Origin: Candidatus Poribacteria bacterium
Lineage (GTDB): Bacteria; Poribacteria; WGA-4E; PCPOR2b
Assembly (NCBI GenBank): GCA_965116925.1
Contig: OZ220744.1
Span: forward strand, 5,931,757-5,995,756
Reading direction: 5' to 3'
Length of the DNA stretch: 64,000 nucleotides
Part shown: piece by piece, positions 10,086-20,500 of the stretch
How positions within the stretch are numbered: position 1 is the stretch's first letter
How the letters are laid out: each line of letters opens with the position of its first letter
Notes under the pieces: generated by a model
The model's database searches: none
Told to the model about the DNA's origin: nothing
The model's input: the letters and a program-made list of their open reading frames with translations, nothing else
Translations under genes and position numbers: made by a program

Positions 10086-12575
10086 ATGTTCAAACTACGA
10101 TCCCCCAAATGGCTATTTTGCTTTATACTTGTGACATTGATGGTGGTGTGCTTGCAGTTCCTTCTTCCCCTGTCAGAGGGGCAATTGATACAATGGCCCC
10201 CAACGCCAGAGAGTCAATTGATACGATGGCCGCCTGTGATTTGGCCGACACTGACGGAGAACCTAATTGGTGAGGATGGAAGTAAGGTCATGATAGTGTA
10301 TCTACCACCAAGCTACGAGTTTACCGAAAAGCGCTACCCCGTCATCTATGTGCTACATGGGTTCGGCGGAGATTCAAATAGCCTAACCCGAAAAATGAAA
10401 TCAGCGATGGACCGTATGATTCTTAGCGAGGAAATTCAGGAAGTAATCGCTGTGTTTGTCGATGGATCGAATCGGTTTGGTGGGAGTCAGTATCTCAGTT
10501 CGCCAACGATCGGCGATTATGAAACGTACATCAGGAGGGATTTAGTTAATTTCATTGATAAGCAGTACCGAACAATACCCCATCGGGACAGTCGCGGCAT
10601 TACAGGGTTTTCGATGGGCGCGTACGGTTCAATGCACCTTTCGCTTAAATATCCAGAGGTATTTGGTGTGGCTGTTGCACAAGCAGGTACTTATAAATTT
10701 GACGATGATTTGATAAAGTCTTTTACGGAGAAGGGGGGCGTTGTCCTAACCCTCCTGGAACCGCTGAAACAGAAATCTGGGGACGAATTTTGGAACGCAC
10801 TGGAAGACTTAGCCAATTCGGATGCATTGCAGAAAGTTAGCCTACCGTTTCGGAGTGGTCTGGCGTATTTAGCGGGGGTTGCTTCCAATCCTGATAACCC
10901 TCCCTGCTATCTAGATTTGCCATACAGATTAAGAACAGGTGTGCCTCCGTGGGAGCGTGATGAGGCGGTTTGGGAACAGATTCTTGAGAATGACGTCATT
11001 CATGAATTAGATCGGTACTTGAACAGATTAAGGCAAAATCCACAACAACCGGTGCGGTTGAATGGGATTAAGTTGGTTCATGGTCTTGAAGACGAGAAGG
11101 CGTTGTTCAGACAGGCGGAATCATTGGATCAGAGGTTGACGGAGCTTGGCATTGACCATGAGTTTGTAGCACATGACGGTGGACACACATTCATCGCGGA
11201 GGAGTCACTGGAATTTATGGCGAAACATCTGGCATTTGAATCGCCGCCTATTACCCCTGATGGATCCGGCACAGCTACGGTTTCACCGTATGCTATTGCG
11301 GCGCATAGCATTGGCAATGAAATTGTAATTACCTATACCGCTGAGGGGATGATGCGCCGCGGTGCCCTTACGGTTCACATTCCGTCAGGTTGGACATTGC
11401 CGCAGGATGTTGCAGGGATTCCCGGATACACAACCGTTACCTCAACCGGCACTATCGGCGATATAACATTCGCCAACCAAAGGATTGGGGTCGATATTCA
11501 GACTTTGATGCCCGACGACACAATAACGCTTATCTATGGGAATGGTGGATATGATTCAGGAGTAACGGTGCCGGGGAATCAATTCTCAACCTTTATCATC
11601 AGTGTTGCCTCAACATCGGATGGGATTTTGACGCTGATTAAACAGAGTCCGGTTATTGATGTTTACCTAGATCCATGGGATGTGAATGGCGATGGGACTG
11701 TGGGGCTCCTTGATTTGATTGTCGTAGGGTCTGAATTGGGAAAGGTGATAGATGGGGTGGTTTTCGGTCAAAACCCGGACGTGAACCGAGATGGACTTGT
11801 GAACTTATTTGACCTTATTACTGTCGGGGCTCATTTTGGGGAGACTGTCGGCAGTCCAGCAGCACCTGAACATCCCTCTACCCCTATATCAGCGACAATC
11901 AAATTCGGGAATCCCCGGTTTTTGGAGAATCGTCTCCTGCTCGATCTGATGATTGAAACGGCTGTGCCCTTTGTGGGCTACCATATCCGGGTCGCGCCGG
12001 AGCGGCTTTTGAGAGTTGATCTGGACAGAAGTGAGAACGATGTATTCCGTTTAGAGGAGGTCGCTCAATCCGGAACGTTAGTGGGTACGAAACTGAGCGC
12101 GGGGCACCCGTGGCACGGTCGGGTACGGCTCGCCACGCTGGAATTGGAAGCGAATCGTTCGGGAGATGCAGTGCCTGTCCTAAACTCCAGGATTTCTGTG
12201 GAGGCAGCGCATCTCGTTTCTGTAGACGGACAGACCATCGGCGTTGGCGTGGAGCCATTTTTTATGAATCCGTTGCGCCCTCTCCAGACGGGAGTGTTCG
12301 CCAACTATCCCAATCCGTTCAACCCGGAGACGTGGATTCCCTTCCAACTGCACAAGGATGTGCATGTCCGCATCACTATTTATGATGTTTTGGGGCGTAA
12401 GGTTCGGAGATTTGATTTGGGTTATCTGCCCGCCGGTTACTACAAAACGCGCGAGCGCGCCGTGTATTGGGATGGTCGCAACGACGTGAACGAGCGGGTC
12501 GCCAGTGGGACTTACCTTTACCGCTTGGAAGCGGGTGATTTTGTTGGGGCGCGCCGGATGGTAGTCTTAAAATAA
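10086..12575 (+). CDS. secreted multidomain protein: putative esterase (alpha/beta hydrolase, PF00756-like) + dockerin-type repeats + T9SS-type C-terminal sorting domain
   Basis: GGGAGGG RBS 8 nt before the ATG at 10086. The ORF opens at 10041. TM/signal segment. YPVIYVLHGFGGDSNS and GFSMGAYGSMHL (esterase Ser motif GxSxG). Two DxNxDGxxxxxDL dockerin repeats (DVNGDGTVGLLDLIVVG, DVNRDGLVNLFDLITVG). C-terminus NYPNPFNPETWIPF...ITIYDVLGRKVRRF...YWDGRNDVNERVASGTYLYRLEAGDF...VVLK matches the Por/T9SS tail pattern. Confidence 0.7.
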   Translation: MFKLRSPKWLFCFILVTLMVVCLQFLLPLSEGQLIQWPPTPESQLIRWPPVIWPTLTENLIGEDGSKVMIVYLPPSYEFTEKRYPVIYVLHGFGGDSNSLTRKMKSAMDRMILSEEIQEVIAVFVDGSNRFGGSQYLSSPTIGDYETYIRRDLVNFIDKQYRTIPHRDSRGITGFSMGAYGSMHLSLKYPEVFGVAVAQAGTYKFDDDLIKSFTEKGGVVLTLLEPLKQKSGDEFWNALEDLANSDALQKVSLPFRSGLAYLAGVASNPDNPPCYLDLPYRLRTGVPPWERDEAVWEQILENDVIHELDRYLNRLRQNPQQPVRLNGIKLVHGLEDEKALFRQAESLDQRLTELGIDHEFVAHDGGHTFIAEESLEFMAKHLAFESPPITPDGSGTATVSPYAIAAHSIGNEIVITYTAEGMMRRGALTVHIPSGWTLPQDVAGIPGYTTVTSTGTIGDITFANQRIGVDIQTLMPDDTITLIYGNGGYDSGVTVPGNQFSTFIISVASTSDGILTLIKQSPVIDVYLDPWDVNGDGTVGLLDLIVVGSELGKVIDGVVFGQNPDVNRDGLVNLFDLITVGAHFGETVGSPAAPEHPSTPISATIKFGNPRFLENRLLLDLMIETAVPFVGYHIRVAPERLLRVDLDRSENDVFRLEEVAQSGTLVGTKLSAGHPWHGRVRLATLELEANRSGDAVPVLNSRISVEAAHLVSVDGQTIGVGVEPFFMNPLRPLQTGVFANYPNPFNPETWIPFQLHKDVHVRITIYDVLGRKVRRFDLGYLPAGYYKTRERAVYWDGRNDVNERVASGTYLYRLEAGDFVGARRMVVLK

Positions 12576-12630
12576 TGCGAGTTGTGACGGTGCGATATAA
12601 CTACCGCCCCGGTATTGGCTTGAAACGGCT

Positions 12631-12647
12631 TATCTGACAAATTTTGT
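12631..12647. terminator. putative bidirectional terminator hairpin between convergent genes
   Basis: Inverted repeat CTGACAAA T TTTGTCAG with an 8-bp stem lies between the + gene ending at 12575 and the - gene ending at 12647. Prediction only. Confidence 0.4.
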
Positions 12648-13777
12648 CAGTCTTGAGCTTCCGTTGTACTCAAAACTAATGGTGTTTTCGCCAACTCTGC
12701 GTCTAATATGCGAATATCCGCCGTTACCTTCTGTTCAGCGAGCCACGCTTCTCTGCGTTCCTGTAGTGCTTGCCCGATAAGTTTGTCCTGAATTTCTTGG
12801 CTGACTTCTGGATATGTTTTCTGGCGAGGCAGTTCTTTTTTAAGCAGTTTGGCGATGAGATAACCTTCAGGTGTGGGGATGGGTTGGATAACTTCGTTAA
12901 TTTCTAAGCTAGCTATTACTAACTGAGCCTCCGCATCGATTGGAAGTGTCTGCGGTTCTGGAACAATCTGAAGAATCGGATTATTGGGATAAGTTTCCTG
13001 AATTTCCTGAAAGGTTGCACCCTCTTTCAACTGGGCAGTGATTGTCTCGGCAAGGGCCTTGGCTTTGGCTTGCAGATCTGCTGGGTCGCTAGGTTTTGAA
13101 CGGACCAAGACATGCTGAAATTGAATCTGTGCGGGTTCAATAAATTCTGATCGATGTAGTTCAAAATATTGGGGAGCCTCTTGATTGATTTGTTCGTCGT
13201 CAATACTGTTGCGAAATTGGCGGATGGTTAGTGCGTTCACAATTAAGCCATTCCTCACTCGCTCTTCTACTTCTTGATATTCCAATCCCATCCGCTTCAG
13301 ATCAACCAAGTACGATGCCTCGCTGCTATACACGGATTTCAGTGCTTGAATTTCTGCATCCACCTTTTTCCCCCAGCTCCAAAGCAGCATTCCGATATCG
13401 TCCGCCTGCTGTAACATCAGTTTCTGCTCGATGAGCGTTTCTAAAACTGATCGTTTAACTGTATTCGGGGGATTCTTAATTTCTTGAAAAGTTGGCTGGT
13501 TGTCTTGTTCACGTAGGATTAGCGGATTATTGATAACGGCGATAATGATTAGTTCGGTCTCCAGTTCGTGTCGCGTGATTGGCTGATCGTTGACGACGGC
13601 GATCACATAATCGAGGGTTCTCTCCTTGCTGAATCCGTTTGATGGGCTAGCGATAAGAGCGAGGCAGAGCACAATATAGCATGTGATGTGTAATGTGTAA
13701 AACGGAGAACACAATACGTCAGTGTGCTTCCCATCTTTCTTTCTTTGATTCTCGGCTGAGCGTCCAAGCCTTTCCAT
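12647..13777 (-). CDS. SurA/PrsA-like peptidyl-prolyl cis-trans isomerase (parvulin domain)
   Basis: N-terminal signal-anchor. SurA-N-like region (YVIAVVNDQPITRHELE). PpiC-type PPIase region (FQHVLVRS...GYLIAKL). Confidence 0.65.
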   Translation of the reverse strand: MERLGRSAENQRKKDGKHTDVLCSPFYTLHITCYIVLCLALIASPSNGFSKERTLDYVIAVVNDQPITRHELETELIIIAVINNPLILREQDNQPTFQEIKNPPNTVKRSVLETLIEQKLMLQQADDIGMLLWSWGKKVDAEIQALKSVYSSEASYLVDLKRMGLEYQEVEERVRNGLIVNALTIRQFRNSIDDEQINQEAPQYFELHRSEFIEPAQIQFQHVLVRSKPSDPADLQAKAKALAETITAQLKEGATFQEIQETYPNNPILQIVPEPQTLPIDAEAQLVIASLEINEVIQPIPTPEGYLIAKLLKKELPRQKTYPEVSQEIQDKLIGQALQERREAWLAEQKVTADIRILDAELAKTPLVLSTTEAQD

Positions 13778-13960
13778 CTCCGTCCCCCTGCCCGTATTTG
13801 ATTCTAACGGATGTTGTCATTCCTCTGACAGCAATTCGATAGTAGAATTATATTCGTTCAATATCTGCCTGTCAATTAGAAGTTTTCACGGTTGATAGAA
13901 TCAACTGGCTATGCTATCATATAGTGTAACGATTTCGGTTGGAAAGAGAGGTGGAAGATT

Positions 13961-16357
13961 GTGAAAAACGCGGATCAGCCTATTTCAAGAGAACTGTTGG
14001 AGACGTTGGATACAATTCAGCAGCGTGTACTGTGGTTGGCAACGCTCATCATTCACTACGCGAATAACCTGCGTCCCAATCCAGATCAGACAAAGGTCGG
14101 CGGGCACCAAGCGTCGTCTGCCTCGATGGTTTCAATCATGACGGCACTTTACTTCCATTTTCTTCAAGCTGGAGATCGTGTCTCGGTCAAACCACACGCT
14201 TCGCCGGTTTTTCATGCAATCCACTACCTGCTGGGTCAACTGCCTCGAAAATACCTGACCATGTTTCGATCGTTTGGGGGGCTGCAGGCGTACCCGAGTC
14301 GAACGAAAGATCCGGATGCAGTCGACTTTTCGACCGGCTCTGTGGGTCTGGGAGCGGTCGCGCCGGCTTTTGGCGCGTTAGCGCATCGGTATGCGTTGTC
14401 CCACTTCGGTCATGTGAGCTCGCGTCGTTTCGTGGGGGTCATCGGTGACGCTGAGTTGGATGAGGGCAATGTGTGGGAGGCGATCCTAGATCAAGCGCTC
14501 ACCGGTATAGATAACCTGTTGTGGATTGTTGACCTCAATCGCCAAAGCCTTGATCGAGTTGTGCCGGGCATTCGTGCGCGTCAACTTCAACGTCTATTTG
14601 AGGAGAGCGGTTGGCAGGTGCTTGAAGCGAAGTACGGTCGACAGCTTGAGGAACTCTTTGAACGACCGGGTGGACCCGCCTTGCGTCAGCGAATCGACGA
14701 AATGAGCAATGAGGAGTATCAGGCACTGATTCGTCTCCCCGGTGAAGAACTTCGCTCTCGGATTGTTGATTGTGGGGGAGTTGATAACGCTGAAATCACA
14801 TCAGTGATCCAGGACATCCCAGATGAGACGCTGCCATCGGTGTTAAGTAACTTAGGTGGACACGATTTAGAGGAATTGCTCGCTGTACTGTCGCAGGCTG
14901 AAGCGGAACCTGAACGACCTACGATTATCTTTGCCTACACGATTAAAGGCTGGGGCACACCTATCGCTGGGCACCCGCTGAACCATTCGATGCTCCTGAA
15001 TGAGGAGCAGATAGCCGATTTGCGGGAACGTTTGGGTGTACCCCCTAGTGACGATTGGGAGCGATTTGATCCGGGATCGCCCCCCGGTCAACTATGTCTT
15101 GAAGTTGCCGATCGACTTTTTCCACCCAATCCTGAGCCACCGGTAACCCTGTCCGCCGATGATGTACCGATAGCGCTCTCTCTGCCAACTCAAGGGTTCT
15201 TGAGTACGCAACAGTCTCTGGGGCGGCTGCTGATGCGTCTGACCCGCGTGCCGAAGTTGGCGGATCGGATTGTCACGACGTCGCCGGATGTATCGGTGTC
15301 CACTAACCTGTCTGGGTGGATTATTAAGACGGGTGTGTTTACGCCGCAGGAATTGCCTGACTATGAGACCGAAGCGAACCAACTCCGAAGTTGGCGGCAC
15401 GGACCGAGTGGGCAGCATATCGAGTTGGGGATTTCGGAGATGAATCTCTTTACGTTGCTGGGGATGCTCGGCTTGTCTGCTGAATTGTGTGGACAACATG
15501 TCATTCCTATTGGCACAGTCTACGATCCGTTTGTGTGCCGCGGGCTTGAAGCACTCATTTATGCCCAATATTCAGGGGCGAAGTTTATTTTCGCCGGGAC
15601 ACCGTCGGGGATCACACTGTCGCCGGAGGGCGGGGCGCACCAATCCACTGTTACGCCGTCACTCGGTGCGGAGATTCCTCGACTCAATGCCTACGAACCG
15701 TGTTTTGCACAGGAGTTAGAGTGGATATTGTTGGACGCGCTCCGCCAGTGCTGTGACCGGGAGGGGGGACGCTCGACCTATCTGCGACTGTCCACCAAGC
15801 TGATTGATCAGCGGCTGCTCACGCCGGCGTTGGAGCGTCTCGGAGAAGATGAATTGCAGCGTCAGGTGCTGGCTGGCGGATACCGGTTGGTGGATTGGCG
15901 CAATGCGGATCCGGTTGTGCCAAGAGAGCGGTTGGTTCATATTGCGACAACCGGGGTCATGGTTCCAGAAGCGGTTGAGGCTGCGGACATACTTCGCGAG
16001 CAGCGGATCGCTGCCAATGTGCTGAATATGACGAGTCCGCGGCGACTATTTGAGGCGTGGCAGACGATGCAAAAGCACTCCGGACACTTGCAAAGCGGAG
16101 GAGAGGTCCCCACTCCATTTGACTGGCTGGTTCCAACCAACGAGAGACATGCACCGATTGTCACGGTTCACGATGGTGCCTCCCACGCATTATCTTGGTT
16201 GGGAAGTGTCTACGGGGAGTTGGTTATCCCGCTCGGTGTGGATGAATTTGGTCAATCGGGCGATCGCGCTGAACTTTACCGCCACTTCGGAATTGACGCC
16301 GAGGGTATCGCTGCGGCGGCGTTAGCGGCGTTAAGTCGCTGTGGCATATCTGTCTGA
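13961..16357 (+). CDS. homodimeric-type 2-oxoacid (pyruvate) dehydrogenase E1 component, AceE-like
   Basis: GTG start. VGGHQASSASMVSIMTALYFHFLQAGDRVSVKPHASPVFHAIHYLLGQL aligns with the AceE [23 protein letters not shown]...FQGHASPGVYA region. 798 aa, transketolase-like. Confidence 0.7.
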   Translation: MKNADQPISRELLETLDTIQQRVLWLATLIIHYANNLRPNPDQTKVGGHQASSASMVSIMTALYFHFLQAGDRVSVKPHASPVFHAIHYLLGQLPRKYLTMFRSFGGLQAYPSRTKDPDAVDFSTGSVGLGAVAPAFGALAHRYALSHFGHVSSRRFVGVIGDAELDEGNVWEAILDQALTGIDNLLWIVDLNRQSLDRVVPGIRARQLQRLFEESGWQVLEAKYGRQLEELFERPGGPALRQRIDEMSNEEYQALIRLPGEELRSRIVDCGGVDNAEITSVIQDIPDETLPSVLSNLGGHDLEELLAVLSQAEAEPERPTIIFAYTIKGWGTPIAGHPLNHSMLLNEEQIADLRERLGVPPSDDWERFDPGSPPGQLCLEVADRLFPPNPEPPVTLSADDVPIALSLPTQGFLSTQQSLGRLLMRLTRVPKLADRIVTTSPDVSVSTNLSGWIIKTGVFTPQELPDYETEANQLRSWRHGPSGQHIELGISEMNLFTLLGMLGLSAELCGQHVIPIGTVYDPFVCRGLEALIYAQYSGAKFIFAGTPSGITLSPEGGAHQSTVTPSLGAEIPRLNAYEPCFAQELEWILLDALRQCCDREGGRSTYLRLSTKLIDQRLLTPALERLGEDELQRQVLAGGYRLVDWRNADPVVPRERLVHIATTGVMVPEAVEAADILREQRIAANVLNMTSPRRLFEAWQTMQKHSGHLQSGGEVPTPFDWLVPTNERHAPIVTVHDGASHALSWLGSVYGELVIPLGVDEFGQSGDRAELYRHFGIDAEGIAAAALAALSRCGISV

Positions 16358-16359
16358 TG

Positions 16360-17094
16360 CTACTGTATCGTTAGTGAAACGGTGTTGGATTCAAGTGTTG
16401 CCAAGCCCCGGAACGAATCCAAGAGGAGATAGGTCCCATCTAGTTGGGCTGCCTCCTCGCTCCGCAAACCTTCAATCTCTCGCTCTAAATTGCGGATCAT
16501 CCGTTCCTTCATGTCGTCTGGCATGACAGTGTCTGCTTGTACTATCCGAATTTCGTTCTTTATCTCAAGAACCTCTGGCGGTTCAGGAGAAAAGATCTCC
16601 CGATAGACTTTCAACTCCATAAGCACCTGCAATGTATAATCGCCGGGTCCTAGTTTGTAGTGGGACTTCAGGTCTTTCAAACTTGCCTTTCGTGTCTCTC
16701 CCGCCTTGAGTTCGGTCCCTTGGATGCAACTCACCACCCTGTCCTCCCACATCACGGTTTTGGTTTTCGCCGGGAATGTGATCGGCGGTTTCGGGGGGAT
16801 AACTTGCCCCAAACTGTTTTTGACCACCAATTTGGTGAACGCTCCCCTGCTTGCAACGGAGGCATACGGCACGAGTAGATTGAATTTTCCCATCTGAATC
16901 GTCATGTCAAGGGGGATCGGTTCGTTGAGACCGTAGCTCGATTTTGCTGATGATAGATGCAGATCCCCAAGGGATGCTGGGGCCGCTGGTTCTACGGGTG
17001 TGGGTGTCGGTTCGGTTTTTCCGGTCGTTCCGCTCAGGCAACCTGTGGCGTAAAGACTCCATAGGGTTAGGCATATTAGAAGTTGGGTTTTCAT
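16360..17094 (-). CDS. hypothetical lipoprotein
   Basis: Lipobox LYATGC after an N-terminal hydrophobic segment. No recognisable catalytic motif. Confidence 0.5.
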   Translation of the reverse strand: MKTQLLICLTLWSLYATGCLSGTTGKTEPTPTPVEPAAPASLGDLHLSSAKSSYGLNEPIPLDMTIQMGKFNLLVPYASVASRGAFTKLVVKNSLGQVIPPKPPITFPAKTKTVMWEDRVVSCIQGTELKAGETRKASLKDLKSHYKLGPGDYTLQVLMELKVYREIFSPEPPEVLEIKNEIRIVQADTVMPDDMKERMIRNLEREIEGLRSEEAAQLDGTYLLLDSFRGLATLESNTVSLTIQ

Positions 17095-17170
17095 GGTATC
17101 CTCCTGTTAGCTGGGGTTAGCAGAAAAACATCCACGAATCCACGCGAATCTTCGCGAATGATATTTTTCT

Positions 17171-17252
17171 AGTTCATATCAAAAGAAAGTGCAAAATGCG
17201 AAGAGAAACCGAGTTTTTTCTTCAAAACTCGGTTTCTTTGCACTATTCCTTA
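17171..17252. repeat. REP-like element family A, long form
   Basis: Hairpin GAAACCGAGTTTTTTCTTCAAAACTCGGTTTC at 17205-17236. Lies between the lipoprotein gene and the CRISPR trailer. Confidence 0.75.
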
Positions 17253-17284
17253 ACATGAGCCTTTTTCTTTTAGGCTCCCTTTCA

Positions 17285-17479
17285 TCAAAGTAATGGCTCC
17301 GACAAATCGGGTTGCTCTACAGAGGTTGATGGTGAAATGTCCGCGCTTTCTAAATCTGCGAGCAGGCACTTAAGGATTTCTTCCATCGACTGCACAGATT
17401 TCAACATTGCTTTAAGCGTGTCAAGGATCTCGCGCTTTTCCCTACCTATGTAATTATAGATGCCTTTTACTGCGGACAT
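17285..17479 (-). CDS. small hypothetical protein (64 aa) immediately distal to the CRISPR array trailer
   Basis: GGGAGG lies 4 nt upstream of the ATG. Same strand as array transcription. Predicted helical, acidic C-terminus. No recognisable family. Confidence 0.35.
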   Translation of the reverse strand: MSAVKGIYNYIGREKREILDTLKAMLKSVQSMEEILKCLLADLESADISPSTSVEQPDLSEPLL

Positions 17480-17509
17480 TTTGCCTCCCTAAATTCCTTC
17501 AATTCCCTT

Positions 17510-20500
17510 CTTGCAGTCTCCTTTTCATCTGGTCAAGGATTGTAACTCTGGTGCTGATAATGATGCTCCTGTTGATGCTTACTTTCAGTCCCCTTTTCAT
17601 CGGGGCAAGGATTGTAACGATTGTGCACCGACTGCGGGAAACACGCCCCAACGCACTTTCAGTCCCCTTTTCATCGGGGCAAGGGTTGTAACCTATCCCC
17701 CTCAATTCTTCGGGAGGCACGGCTGGGCTTTCAGTCCCCTTTTCATCGGGGCAAGGGTTGTAACATTGAAAGGTTACGTGGGACACTGGCACGTGATGAA
17801 CTTTCAGTCCCCTTTTCATCGGGGCAAGGGTTGTAACATATACATCTTCTAATCGTAAGAATTTCGAGTTTACCTTTCAGTCCCCTTTTCATCGGGGCAA
17901 GGGTTGTAACATTGAAAGGTTACGTGGGACACTGGCACGTGATGAACTTTCAGTCCCCTTTTCATCGGGGCAAGGATTGTAACCAAGTCCTCAATCTTCT
18001 TCAGGTGGATTATTGCGTTTGCTTTCAGTCCCCTTTTCATCGGGGCAAGGATTGTAACTAGGTTCTATATTCCCCACAGGTGAGACGATTCAACCCTTTC
18101 AGTCCCCTTTTCATCGGGGCAAGGATTGTAACACGCACGCTGCCACTCATCAGCTCATGGTGCATCCCCTTTCAGTCCCCTTTTCATCAGGGCAAGGATT
18201 GTAACGCCGATTTTGGCACGGATCAACGCAAAATCGCCTCCTTTCAGTCCCCTTTTCATCGGGGCAAGGATTGTAACCATCGTTGGGCGTGGTATAATCG
18301 ACTACAGTTTGCATCTTTCAGTCCCCTTTTCATCGGGGCAAGGATTGTAACGCCGATTTTGGCACGGATCAACGCAAAATCGCCTCCTTTCAGTCCCCTT
18401 TTCATCGGGGCAAGGATTGTAACGCCTCACGAATAAAGAAACCTGTCTTTGCTGTGTTCTTTCAGTCCCCTTTTCATCGGGGCAAGGATTGTAACACGCG
18501 CAGACGGGACACCGCGCCGGGTACTGTTGACTGCTTTCAGTCCCCTTTTCATCGGGGCAAGGATTGTAACCTTCACAAGAGACCTTGTGATAGCCGATGA
18601 AGACCTTTCAGTCCCCTTTTCATCGGGGCAAGGATTGTAACCGGAGTCCCCCATCGTCTATCCCCCAACGGCTTCGCTTTCAGTCCCCTTTTCATCGGGG
18701 CAAGGATTGTAACCATGATGATGGCGATTGCATTTCTCACGCAATGCCTGACTTTCAGTCCCCTTTTCATCGGGGCAAGGATTGTAACCATTTAAGCGGA
18801 AATGTCACTACACGCCCTTTTCACCTTTCAGTCCCCTTTTCATCGGGGCAAGGATTGTAACCCTTGACATCGTTTTCCGTAGGCTGCATCAGGATTCTTT
18901 CAGTCCCCTTTTCATCGGGGCAAGGATTGTAACAAGAAGTCTCTATCCTTGACCGTCCCCGTATCGTTGCTTTCAGTCCCCTTTTCATCGGGGCAAGGAT
19001 TGTAACATCATACAGATACATATCTCCCCCAGCCCGTTTACTTTCAGTCCCCTTTTCATCGGGGCAAGGATTGTAACCTCACTCAATGCCGGACGGGTGG
19101 CCGTCTCAAGAGCATTCTTTCAGTCCCCTTTTCATCGGGGCAAGGATTGTAACAAGGCTACCGAGAATCCGACCCGACGATGAGGTGATGCTTTCAGTCC
19201 CCTTTTCATCGGGGCAAGGATTGTAACCTGCAACGCTGCAACGTAAAGTTGACAGTTTGGAACTTTCAGTCCCCTTTTCATCGGGGCAAGGATTGTAACC
19301 ATGCGATGGGCAGGGCTGATACCCCTGTTGCGTGGTCTTTCAGTCCCCTTTTCATCGGGGCAAGGATTGTAACACCAACGATTCAGTGGAACGCCACTGG
19401 ATAGCGTTCTTTCAGTCCCCTTTTCATCGGGGCAAGGATTGTAACACAGCTACATCACCAGCAGCAGTATTATTACAGATGCCTTTCAGTCCCCTTTTCA
19501 TCGGGGCAAGGATTGTAACGACAAATATAAAACCCAAAGGGTAAAGGGCCGTTAGTCTTTCAGTCCCCTTTTCATCGGGGCAAGGATTGTAACGACACCA
19601 GTAAACAAGCGGAGGCATTCCCGGACTATTCTTTCAGTCCCCTTTTCATCGGGGCAAGGATTGTAACGACAACATCGCAGCAGGCAAAAAGTTTGTGCTG
19701 GACTTTCAGTCCCCTTTTCATCGGGGCAAGGATTGTAACTACACCAGTCTATCGGCAGTACAACTTCAAAGGGACTTTCAGTCCCCTTTTCATCGGGGCA
19801 AGGATTGTAACTGATAGATTTTGAAATAGGTAGGCGCGACTGCACGGTCTTTCAGTCCCCTTTTCATCGGGGCAAGGATTGTAACCAAGCCAATCTACAA
19901 GCACATTGACCATTTACAAGCTTTCAGTCCCCTTTTCATCGGGGCAAGGATTGTAACGCAGCTAGGGAAAACTATGACGGCTTTGTGTTTGCTCTTTCAG
20001 TCCCCTTTTCATCGGGGCAAGGATTGTAACGTCATTTGCGGAGATTGTGAATTTGACCGGGAACCAGCTTTCAGTCCCCTTTTCATCGGGGCAAGGATTG
20101 TAACGACCATTAGGGGTGTCCTTCTCTTTCATGATGTATGCTTTCAGTCCCCTTTTCATCGGGGCAAGGATTGTAACCTTGAAACTACAGTTGAGATGGT
20201 TTCTCCTTGCCTGCCTTTCAGTCCCCTTTTCATCGGGGCAAGGATTGTAACCTATTCTCCTTCCTCGCTGGTGTCCTCTACGGTGCTTTCAGTCCCCTTT
20301 TCATCGGGGCAAGGATTGTAACGTTTCTGATTAAGCGGGTGGTGTGCCCTGTTTTGCCTTTCAGTCCCCTTTTCATCGGGGCAAGGATTGTAACTGTGTA
20401 ACTTCTGGTCCGAGCGGTGGCATCTCGATCACTCTTTCAGTCCCCTTTTCATCGGGGCAAGGATTGTAACAGTATTAGATCCTATAACAGGTGCTGTGAT

